DNA of 64,000 nucleotides from Zygnema circumcarinatum SAG 698-1b. Taxonomy: Eukaryota; Plantae; Zygnematophyceae. The DNA lies in the NCBI GenBank assembly GCA_037447605.1, contig CM074807.1, positions 1,922,001 to 1,986,000 on the forward strand, written 5' to 3'. The notes beneath the pieces were generated by a model. That model did not search any database. It was not told the DNA's origin and saw only the letters and a program-made list of their open reading frames with translations. The translations under genes were made by a program, and so were the position numbers. Shown here piece by piece: positions 11,019 through 22,663 of the stretch (the first letter of the stretch is position 1; each line of letters opens with the position of its first letter).

Positions 11019-14000
11019 ATGACTGTGTCGAAAGCGATGGCCAGCGACGCAGCTGTTCCGCTCCAACATCGTTGGGTCCCACTGCAACAAAAAAATGATG
11101 TTGAGGGGCCAGTAGACTCAGGTCGGTTTCTCTGTCCTCGCGTTGGCTCTTTGCTTTGCTTCGTTTGGACAATGCAGATTGAAGGTGCCTGTGGTGTCTT
11201 TTGTTTGGTTAAATTTTCTCAGTGTAATACTAGAGCTAATCTATTTTGTTGCCATTGTGACTTCCACGGTGGAAGCTGGGACTTTGCTCTACAGCCCTTT
11301 CCATGAAGATAGTTTCTTACAACATTCTGGCTCAGGTATTCTTAAACCTGCTGGATAAGCAGTTCTTGGAGATGCGTTTGTACGCTGTACTTCACCTTGT
11401 CAGCCAATTGAGTGTTGTAGAGATGTAGTGCACATAAAGACCAGATAAAGAAACAGCTTATGAATGCTTGTAGCTCTGGCATTTTATCCGACACTTTGAA
11501 CCTTAAAGGCACTTTCAATTCTTGCTGATTAAAGACGATGATGATTCTTGTGTCGAATAATTCTCATATGCGATATTTCAATTCGTTGATGGCAGGTTTA
11601 TGTCAAACGAAAGACATTTCCGCATTCACCTGATAAGTGTCTCAGGTCAGCACTCAGCTGGCTAGTACACAGAAACTTGAAAGCTGCAGAATTAGCTTGC
11701 TCACCAGGAGAGTATAGAAGATTTTTCATAATACTCCCACTTCCCTCACATCGATATTTCCTAGGCTGGCTTACCTTTAAAGCTTGGAAACAACTTACCT
11801 CTTTTCCACTACCGTCCGTGTTGCACTCTCTGCACTAAAGCAGGTGTTATCTTGTATAACTCTTAGAAGTTTGACTTAGCTTGTCCCAGGACGTGAATAG
11901 GTGCGAAGTGAATACTTATGAAAATTATCTCGGTGGCGGTAGTACACCAACTGGAGTCCCGTAGGACTCAGCTGACAAAGGGAATGCCTAGATCCAAAGA
12001 CTGGCGATGAACTGTGGACAAAAATGCATCATTTAGGCTGCCCTACTAGAAGCTTTTTGAGGGCAGCGACAAGATTTTGTCAAGCTTATAAGGTTGTCCA
12101 GTACTTTCTGCACGCAGCATAAGCTCATTTCTATCACCTTATCTGGGAGTTGTCACAGTCTGGGGGATGCTGTTGGTGATTTTGAACAGGCGGAAGTTTC
12201 GGTTCGAATCAATTGTGAATGAATTCGTAGCTTTGGACGCAGACTTTCTCTGCTTGCAGGTCACCTCATGCATCTCTGCTCACCATGATGGCTAACGTTG
12301 CCATATTCTTTGAATATTGCCAGTCTGAAATTTAATGTGGGGGCCTTCCGTTCTGCATAGGAGAGAATCTAGAATGCAAATCCCGTCGGATTTCTATCAA
12401 TTCTGCCACTTCGTTAAATGGTTTTAGTGTCAATGTGTGCTATAGAGGGTTCAAGCGTAGATGCAAGTGGAGATGAAACTCTCCATTTGTGCTCAACAAT
12501 ATTAGTTTTGCGGCATAAGTCCATCAGTCCGGCCTTACGCTTTGTTTGCATGTGCAGGAACTTGATGAGTTCGAAGAGTTTTATCGGCCCGCTCTAGCGA
12601 GGCATGACTACGGCGCTGTCTACGTTAAGCGTCCAGGCAGGAAGAAGGATGGATGTGGTGTTTTTTATAAGAAGCTCAGGTGTGTTTTGTTCTCTTTAAC
12701 TGCTTGGCAAGTTTTGAAGAGAGTTTCAGGTTCCTTCCGCTGTGTTACTTATCGCAAGAGTTGAACTGCTGAAGAAATAGATACATGAATCTTATTCTGA
12801 TAGAGATTCATTTGCTGGCTTTTCGTTACATGTTATGAGAATGTGATATTCAAGATGTGGCGTTGTTCCTAGCTATTGTGCTTATGGAGTTGCAATGTGG
12901 CCAAGGTACAATAGGACATAACCACCTCGTTCTTGATCCCTTCCCCCTTTGCAGGTTCAATTTAGTCACCCAGCAAGCTATTGACTATAATGACATTGTG
13001 CCGGATGGCGGAGGGACCCTGGCTACATCATCGACTCTGCAGCAGAGGCAACCTGGTAATTTTCCGAACTTTCATGACCTACTTGGATTGTTGGGAGGAA
13101 TGGATCGAGGGGACAATGAACGCTCGAATTTACAGCTGCGTTTGGGGGCATGACTGACACACATGGAAGGAATATTGTTCGTAAATACTTGTGAGTGTGA
13201 TGAGCGCTAGAGATTTGAGATTGCATCTGTACGGGCAGATGGTAGCAGTAAAGGCAATGACGGGGAGGAGCGGGGCGACATGAACGATCCGGCTGTTCGG
13301 TTTAAACGAGATTGCGTTGGATTGATGGCTGCTTTCAGGCCAAAGGGTTCTTCGACTGGAGCGTTCGTAGTTGTTTCCACTCATCTTTTCTGGTATGGCA
13401 GCAATCGTTGCTGGTTTTTTAATCTTCTCGTAACTTCACCTTTCCACTTTTAACTTGTCGTCGTCTACTTGAAACGTGCTTCCAAGTGTCTTGTCTCCAA
13501 AAGCAACAGGTGTTTTGGGAATGCAGGGATCCTGCTCTTGCTGACGTCAAGCTGGCACAAGCAAAGCACTTGCTTGCATGTGTGCGTCAGTTCTGTTTAA
13601 CTGTCCAGGGGACCTCAGGCACCTCCCCACCAGCCTTCATTTGTGGCGATTTCAACTCACAGCCAGGCGATGAGGTACGTCTCACCATTCCTTCCCAAAT
13701 CTCGTCACGTTGACGAGATCATCTACACTGGATTGCTTCTGAAGGGTTTGAGAGTGAAACTTTGGGTCGTCAATGTTGAAAATGCGTGCAAGGGAATTAA
13801 ATGAAATTTAGAGGACTTCTGACAGAAACAAGGGGCAAAGGCAGAGAGTTACTGGTATTTTTCTGAGTACCTTACAGTAGTGAAGTGTACTGTAACTTGT
13901 TTAGGTTGCTAGGTTAAGTCTGAAAAAGCCCTTGCTTCTGGCAATAAGAAGACGACTCAGTAGAGTCGTAAGACGATGACTGGTCCTCATAGCTAGTTGA

Positions 14001-14490
14001 AATTCAGTTTATAAGGTCTCGTATGCCAGCTCAGTTATGGGATGCCATGTGATCTCTGGATGTGCTTGCACTCTGATCTATGCTCCTGCTTTACCTCCAG
14101 GTCCACGCCTTTCTCACCCGTATGCACCCAAACTCGGGTCATGTCTTTGAGCCCACTTACTTGAAGGACAAGAGTAACAAGGCTGCGGAAGCATGTGCAA
14201 AGTCGATTGATACAATAGGAGAGGTGCCAGCGGAAAATCAGGTGCCTTCAGCTTTCAGCCTTAAAAGTTTATATAGTGAAGGAGGGCCTGAACCTAAGTT
14301 CACAACTTTCACCCCAACCTTCACTGGGACCTTAGACTACATATTTTTTACCTCTGACTCCAAGATTGTAGTCAAGGCACTGCTTGCAGTGCCAGAGGAA
14401 GGGGACCCGTCAATCGCAGGCGGCTTGCCCAATTTTTTGCACCCAAGTGATCATCTCCCAATAGGAGGGCAGGTCATGCTCAGTTTGTAG
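11019..14490 (+). CDS. CCR4: CCR4-like EEP-family nuclease/deadenylase (closest to plant CCR4 homolog 4 type); a possible upstream transit-peptide exon starts at ATG 10783
   Basis: Phase-consistent exons: 11019-11121, 11295-11335, 11596-11645, 12190-12259, 12558-12679, 12955-13055, 13239-13392, 13527-13674, 14101-14490. All EEP catalytic motifs are present (SYNILAQ, CLQE, DGCGVFY, STHLFWDP, CGDFNS, TLDYIF, PSDHLPI), plus DPAVRFKRDCVG. The upstream ORF MPLAGARAFFCAAAG... looks like a targeting peptide, but its donor site is weak. Confidence 0.9.
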
Positions 14491-15447
14491 ATGGCCAACG
14501 GCACCATCGGAGTTGAATGGTGACAGGCTGCGCTGCTCGCGTGCAATGAAGGCTGCTCTCCTTGGACGCCTTGAGCTGCTCGGGAACCCCATGCAATGGT
14601 CTCTCCCATGAGCACACGCTTCATGATAAGCTGACCACTTCAGTCAGTTTCTTGAGTTTCGTGTGCATGTTTCCCAAACATGCATGCGTCACTCGTGAGG
14701 CGATCTGATATGCACAGCTGCTATCTCAACTTCTCTCCCTTCTACTTTCCTTCTCCGACAATGCCGTAGTGTACAAGAATTAAGTATGTTCTCTGCAGAC
14801 GCACATATGCCTGTCACAGTCACGTATGTCTGATCCTCAGAGATAAAAGTGTCTGTTCACCACAAGCTCGTCTGTCTGTTTCTCACAGAGGAATGGAACC
14901 CTCGGAGTATGAAAAGGAGAACACAGATTAAAGGATGTTCATTCCATGCAAGACGAGCAAACCACCTCAAGATGTCAAGTTATTACTCCCCTTAAACCTG
15001 GAGAGTCACGCCATAAAGGTGGGGTTGCTCCAGTCTTCTCAAGGCACTAGATCGATTTGGGAGACTAAGAATGACGGATGAGTTTACCGAACACCCTTGA
15101 AAAGGAACATCTTGAAGAATTCAAAACCGTGTGTTTCAACCACCCAAGATTTTTTTAAAGAATTAACATTTTTATTTCAATACGGAATTCTAACAGTTTT
15201 ATGCAACAACTGCAGCGATTTACTGATCCTTTGTGACAGCGCCTGCACTAAGCCAAGCCACTTTGAAGCAAAAATGTGCACATAGGAAAGGGTTTTACCA
15301 GACATTCCTCCAAAACGAATGTCTTACCGGCAGGGCCTTTCATTGCCAAGACAAGCAAATTCAAAACCTTCCTGAAGAACTCGCCTTGGTCTTGGCAGCA
15401 TTCCTCTCTCCGTGGTGCGGTTATGCTGCTCTCCACCCTTCCGCTTG

Positions 15448-18400
15448 TCACTCCTTTACGCCCGAGCAGTTGGACAACAGCAGTACGGAGTTGTCCTGCA
15501 AACAGTTCACCATGAGCAAGTCGTAAGGAGCCATAACACTGAGGAGGACCATCTTTGTTAGAGGCTCCTGGCCTGCTGCTGTTCAAAAGGAACAGCTCAT
15601 AACTAGATTTCGCTGGAAAACCAAGAAACACGTGGAGAAGGGTTCCAGGGTTTGGCAGCGTCCTCTGCACACTATCTCTCGGTCCTGCACGCTCTCACCT
15701 CTGCTCCAGCAACCAGTGCGTCGGCTGCTGGGTGTGAAGCAATACATACAACAGCCTTTGAGCAGACTATTGCAGGTGATGACACTTCATCCGTCTCCTG
15801 GCTGCCATGCACCACTTCACGCATCAGATTATGAAACTGCAGCAGCTCTACATTCTCCAAAAGAAGTTATTGAGGCAAGCTGCAAGTCTCACTTAACAAT
15901 TGTGATGAATAAAAACAGAGAGACAAGCCTAAGGAGCTAAGGTGTGAAGGAGAAGAGAAGCTACGGTGGTCTGGCGGTCTGAAGGGAGAGTTTGGAATGC
16001 ACAGCTGCTCCAAAGTCGAGAAGATCAACTCCCAGCGTGGTTGGTGATGGGACGCAAAATATCTGCAGCACGACAGACATACGAATTACTATTAGCCAAC
16101 AAGTGAAAGGAGTGATGTGTTGCATACACGTGGACTGGCTAATGCAAAGAGAGCATTACAAAAAACAAAAGTGCACGGATGCGAGAGACGCAATGCAGAA
16201 ACATAACATTGCTGACTGGAGACGGTTGACTACCACTCCTATTCATACAAAAAAATCGACTACTGTCCAGGAGTCTTCACTGCTAGTGCCCAAAGAGGGT
16301 CCTTCGTGCAGTTACAGAATCAACCGCCAGCCACGCTGCACGACGCTTGCTCACACGCGCCCACGGCCGCGACCTCATCGCTTGTTCATCTCTGCAGTTG
16401 CCACATCAATCAAGGACAGGTGAGAAAAAGTTGGGCCAAAAGTTCCACTCCCTCAAGGAACAATAAAAACGAAGTAAGCACGCAAAACTGTGAGCAATGC
16501 CAGCGTTAATTTGGAAAGGGATAAGAGCTACTGAGATCTTCAAATGACTTCGAATGCTGAAAGAAGTATGGAAGCTCGACATGAACTAAAATGCCGGAGG
16601 TTGTAAGAGCCTCACTCTTGCGCAGACCACGGAATGGGAGGGCAGTGTATATGGGTCAAGGACATCGCTCCAATGTCGAGAGTTCCCGACCTGCCACCTC
16701 CAAAGCTCTTTCATAAAAAGAGCACAAACGCCATCACTATACTGCTACCAGGGAAGGACTCTGCTCCTTCAAAGAACATGGGAGCAAGGCCAGGATGAAG
16801 ACCATTTCGACTCAAATCTTTTCTTAGTTAACATGCTCTTGCCCCACGCAGAGATGCATCGACGCCTGGCTCATACTCCTTGCTGGACCATGAGTTCGCT
16901 TTGCGCTTTCTCACTTGTTGAATAAAGACTAGAACCATATTGGAGGGAACACTGCCGTTGTGCACAAGAAAAGAACGCAGGCAGGAACTAAAATGATCTA
17001 CTGTGATTATCAGTAGCTCTTATGAACTTGAACAGGAGAATATGACGAACTCAGATGTACCTTGTAAACTAAACATTATACCCATTTCATTTTCCTTTAG
17101 AACGCCTAGCCAACAGTTAGGGCTATTTCCCACCAGCCATTATTGAGGTGGAAACCGAGGCGGTTCTGAACTGATGGATCAAATAACAACGAATGCACGG
17201 CGCTAGGCCTCACATCAGCTTGCTCCTACACAGGACCCCGACAATGCCTTCCGTCATTTCGTCTCCAAAGCCTTCAGTTCTGAAACAAATAGTTTCCAGG
17301 CTATTTACTTTGACATGGTGCAGCCTGTAGAGTATATCTTAGAACTAAAGCAGACCCTCACCACTTCCTAAGCTCGTGTGAATGAGAGTCCACGACAAGA
17401 GGACCCTGCGCGCTCCTGTGCCGAGTATTTCAAGGAAATGATGCATGATATAGTCAGAATCAGGAAACTAGGGCTACCTGCAGCAGAGGAACCTCGGCTA
17501 GAAGCTTGTATATACAAAAAGTTGTGAGTGGCGGATGATATGCCTGTTATCCCAACATAAAGGGAGTGCGATGAAATTAGTGCAGTGGGAGCTGCAAGCC
17601 AACATGATACATAAAACCACCGAGAACTTGCTTGATTGCAACAATGCATGCATAGGCGACATGATACAGGAAAGACAATAGACTACGATGCCGGTATTAT
17701 GCCCTCATTAATGTTCCAGACTCCCTGTGCGCTCATAATCTCTTCTTCTGAATATCACGAAACTATAACGGAGTTAGGTCATGATATGTGTCTGCAAGCA
17801 GCACTTGTACCTGATTCGCTGAGCAGAATGCAGTGGACAGCCTGCCGCCGCGCAGGTCCCACGCTTGAACAACACCCGATTCAGTTCCCGCATAGACAAC
17901 CTGGCGAAGCCAAACAGGCCGGATAGCAAGTCAGCAAGTCATGGATAGAAACGATGAAGCGCCAAAGTGGTGAGAGAATCCAATACTTATCATTGAGCAA
18001 TCATCCATGATAGCTCAAAGTGATGGTATGACCTCTCACAAGATCATCACTCGTGGAAAAAGACCTGTTCGTCAGACCCACCTGTTCATCTTCCGAGAGT
18101 TGCAGGCCGTGCAGGGCTCCGAATGCGGGATGGGCCGCCGCCGTAGAGGAGGACTGCGAGATGCTTCTGCGGCGATCCCAAAGCAGCACTCGCCCCCCTC
18201 GCCCGCCTGCAAGCAGCCTTCCATCGCACAGTCCCACAGGCCACAGGAGGGATCTCAATGTCACTGTTGTACGAATTCAGAGCAATCACATGCTTGCTGT
18301 GCAGTCCTACTAGTGTGGGTCCAAAAGACGACGACAAAAGAAGCCAGGTCGTTTACCTTCCGCATCGACAATCAAAGTTAGGTGGTTAGTTGGCAGTCTT

Positions 18401-21400
18401 CATATCACAATTATACGTCATTATTTCAAAGGGGGAGATGCATGGACAACCAAAAAAAAAATGACAAAATATAAAATATAAACCGTTGCCCACTGCTGAA
18501 AGAGCGAGTCCCACGTGTTCAAGGTCATATCCTATGCTTGTAAAATCCTCTAATCGTATGGCTGACTTGCTTAATGAAGGGAACAAATGAAGTCAGCTTA
18601 TTAATTTGTGATATTTGAAAGGAGACATTCCCAGTTTAACGTGCTATTGAAATGGTATGCTTAAAGGACATACATACACCTTCACTCAAACATGTAGTTT
18701 TTAATGACCATGAACTTCACATATGTTAGAAACACTAACGACTATACGTCAATGTGGGAGGGGAAAGAGAGGAAGAAAGAACATCACCTGAAACGGGAAT
18801 GTGCAGAAAAGGTGAGGTCATAGAGGCCAGCTCTTCCCTTGTCAGCCCATCCATCTTCTCTTACGGACAAGACCTGCAAGCAAAGCTTCACACGTCGCAG
18901 CTAACTCATAGACTCCGCTCAGCTTCAATCGATCAACAGCAAGTTACACTTCGGGAGAGGGAAAACTTGCTACTGCGAATCAATAGGCTGCAGGCACAGA
19001 CTTTGAATCATCACGACGGGTACCCGTACGGACCAATATGTAAACTCTCAAGGAGGTCTCTCTTTTGATTTTTGCTCGTTACTGGACGAGGTCAAGGGAG
19101 AGAGCAAGCTTGACTTTGCAGTTATTCATTGTGCAAGCCCTTCTAATATCAGAAACACCATACCTCGCGCCTGCCTGCTTCCATGTCTACACAAAAGACG
19201 GTATTCACTCCATCTGCCACGCATCCCACCTGAAACCCCAAAATCTCGCATGCTTGAATAACCTCGTAAAATTCTATCGCTGTGCAGGGTCGTGAGACGA
19301 ATTCTCATCGTTTCTGGTCTTTCGAAAATGCATGAAACGAAAAGCATTGTTCTGGACCGAGAAAAAAGTTGCATGGACAGAGCAATTATTACGCACCTCA
19401 TTGGACTTGGTTGGGTTCCATGTGGCAGCTTCGAGATTGTGTTGGAGGGATACGGAGTGCACGAGCTCTGAACTTTCCGCCAAGCTGCCTGCACGGCATC
19501 AAAGGCTTCATAGTGAAACTGTCTCTGCCAGCTTGAATCGCAAAAAAATAATGTGAAGGGCTAGGCGAAAGTGAAAGTGAAAGTGATACAAAGTGACCAA
19601 TACGACCAGTGCACGACCGGCTTTGGCAGAGAGTTCGGTGCATGCCTCCAATAAGAGATAGTTTGGATCATAATGTGGTCAGCAGTAATTCTATAAGGAT
19701 GAGTGCGTACTTTATTCACATTTAGTGAGACAAAATGGAAAATCTCTGCGAAGCAAAACATGGATGCCGTCAGTCCCTTTCATGGGGCCTCTGGCTGCAT
19801 ACCCGTAGGGATGCTGCATTTTAATTTGTAGACAGAGAGCCATCCTGCTGTAGAAGCTGAGACCAAATGCTTTCCCTGAAGGTAAAGGCAACAAAAATTG
19901 ACAGATAAGGAGTTAGCCATCCATCAACACTTTCTACATTCACAGGAGAAACGGGACATTAAAGGGAGTGCAAGATATGACAAATGTGGAAATTCACTCA
20001 AATGATTTGCTCATTAAGAGTAGGCACGCTTGAACCTGAACAGCAAAAACTACTCACATCGGAAGCTGAGGTTAACCACCGTTGACCTGTGGCGGGCATA
20101 CGACAAGACATCGGAATGCGAAGAGTTGACGCACTGGGCCTGCACTCACCTCCGAGTCGAACTCCAGGCTCGAGATATGCACGCTGGAGAGCGCGGGTGC
20201 TGCCATAATCATGTCAGGGAATGGTAGCAATTAAGCAAAACAGCCTCATAGCTGGAAAAGAAGACAAAAAATAAGCAAAAAGAGTATCTGCATGACAAAA
20301 GCAACTGAGGATGATCCATAATGGCATGATCCTCAATTCAAATCTTCGAAGGAAGCCTTTATTTTCACTTTCATAAATGGGGGACCTGCCGGATATCATG
20401 CCATCAACGCATATAGGCTGAAATGCCTAGTCTGGGATGCACAAGTCAAGGGCATATGCTGGTGGCTAGTGGCTTCATCGAAAGGGAATTGTTTATAAGG
20501 TAGTAACAAGTTCAGCTTCGTTTTTCTTGGAGAGGTGCGGTAATCCCATCCCTGTTACTTGAGCCTGTTGGTCTGTTCGTGCTTAAAGAGTTCATCGTTC
20601 ATTGTTGTGTAGCGTGTGCAGAGTGGTCCAGTGTACAGCCAAGGGCAACCAAGTTGGCATGCGCTACAGTACTTCGAATATGAAATTACATGTGGAAGTG
20701 ACAAGCATCATCTATCTTTGGATTTTGCAAGAATCACACTGTGCTTTTTCTTATCATGTCTATTATTGTGTATTGTTCAATTTACATGCATTAAAAAAGC
20801 TTCTGTTTTGCGTACTTCCCAATTCCTTCTAAAGGACGGAGGACATAGGGTAAGACCCAGATTGTGAAGGAGGCTTCATTCTGTGGGACACAACAGACAT
20901 GAAGCATACGCTGACTCGTACGCAACTCTTGTTACCTGGCAACAACAAGCCTCGCTTGTCCAAGCACATAAAAACTCATTCCCGTTGGATTAATTTAAGT
21001 AAAAGCTACAGATTTGATGCCCGACTGAAAGCACCTCCTTGACGTCGGAAAAGAGAATTGGCAGTACCGTCTGTGCTCCAAACCTGTTGCATTTTGCAAA
21101 AATGAAATCAGAAACCTGCTGGTTTGCTCCTTCAGAAAAGACAGTTTTTGCCGAAGTGGATGGCCATCAGTGCCAACAAAAGATAAATTTCGGCCGTCGT
21201 TGATTTTCTGAGCTTTCTGTAATGTCTTTGGCTACATTTGCTATACACTCGGTACACGGTCATCAAATAAGTGAGAAATGATGGAAATGAAAAAAGAAAG
21301 TGGGATCGTCGAACTATGGCTTTGATTGTGCAGATTTATAGGACTCGCGTACGCAATCTGGATTTATCTTCATATCATATGAGATAATCATTTTCGAAGG

Positions 21401-21917
21401 CTGGCATGAAAACGCGTCAATCGTTTGACTAAATGTTTTAAGTCAATTTTCGTTTTTTCACATGCTGCATTACTGTAGATGAAACCAAGAAAGCCAGATA
21501 TCTAAGTTCACTTGCTTATTTCTGTGTCTACGAATATTTCCTCGGATGTTTTTTGGCTGGATTGGCTGTTCAATGTAAATGCCGCATTCCAAAAGTTTTA
21601 GCAAATAATTAACAGACATCACCTGTGAGTATCCAGCAATATTTCGGCAAACCAGCTGTCTCCTCAGCCTTCCCGGCATTCGGCCTAGCGATTCATATTC
21701 TTGAAGCGCACTTAGTTTCCTGCAGCCGCACAATGTGCACGCCCATAGCGCGCTACTCGAGCTCAGTCGTCAAGTGCGTCCGCAGCACAAACTCCATTGC
21801 AGCGGAGCCCTCCCTCGCGGCTCACCTCTTTCGAGTACGAGGCTTCTCTGTGAAGGAGGCGGCGGCGATGCTGACAGGGGATTTCTTAAAGAAAGCCTCC
21901 AAGTTGTGGCTCCCCAT
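15448..21917 (-). CDS. Plant WD40/transducin-repeat protein (resembles the Arabidopsis AT5G12920-type family; possible DDB1-binding DWD protein)
   Basis: ATG at 21917 in GCCATGG context. Exons: 21826-21917, 21623-21719, ~21116-21230, 20150-20183, 19803-19875, 19397-19488, 19164-19229, 18788-18873, 18082-18217, 17811-17900, one unresolved exon in ~17300-17700, then 17134-17225, 16616-16690, 16316-16391, 15965-16062, 15699-15801, 15448-15495. Recognised segments: ISSLEFDSEGKHL, ATWNPTKSNEV, VLLWDRR, VQAWDLRGGR, LGFHLNNGWSGTLD, THIHCPP, IASHP. Confidence 0.8.
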
Positions 21918-22663
21918 GGCTGGTGCCTCGGTTCAGCGAATGAAAAGCACCCGGCAGCTCATCCAGCTACTGCCTGCCAGCAGCAGGCCTCCATGGATTA
22001 CAAATTTGCCATGCAGCAACGCGTTTAGAGGTTGTAGCGTCGGAGGCTTGGAGAGCGCTTTCCTCCGCTGACGGCCAAGGCGGGACAAGACGCCGCTGTA
22101 CTTTAATTAGTACTTCTGTGGGTGCTGCAATTTATATGCTTTTTTAGTTTCTGAATTTTCTGATTCTTGCTCATAAATTAGCGTTATCAACTGCTTTTGA
22201 GGTTGATGCTGCAATTTCAGCGTGATCAGTTATTTTTTTGGTCGAAATGGTTTCAAAGTCCAAAAAGGTTGTGTCATATCGTAATTGCACTCATGCATGT
22301 TCTTGCCAGTTCGGTGACCGCAGGAGGAATTCAAACTCATCTGTGAAACCTCTAACTTCCTTTCTTCCTAGAGTGATCCGCAACAAAAAATAACTTTATT
22401 TCACAGGAACTGAAGGCCTCTCTTGGTACTGACGAGAACCATTTGAGAGGAATAAATTTGGCAAAGATGCGTGCGAGACAGGAAGTTGCTTATACATGCA
22501 ATGGTAATGGGTATGGCAGACATAAACTGCCCCCGATCACCTGATGAGCACGCAGCTCTGCCCTCTAAAACTCAATATGGCGAAGCCGCGAATCCAGAGA
22601 AGTCCTTTCTGGAGGACTTGAAAGGCTGAAGGCGAAACAGATCATGCGGGGAGGGGATGAAGA

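Noticed and set aside
12201-12210. GGTTCGAATC, a tRNA T-loop-like sequence
   Set aside because: It lies inside a CCR4 coding exon, with no cloverleaf or A-box around it.
14664-14684. 9-bp hairpin downstream of the CCR4-like stop; similar 8-9 bp stems at 53447-53480 and 58508-58545
   Set aside because: Stems this short are expected by chance in 64 kb.
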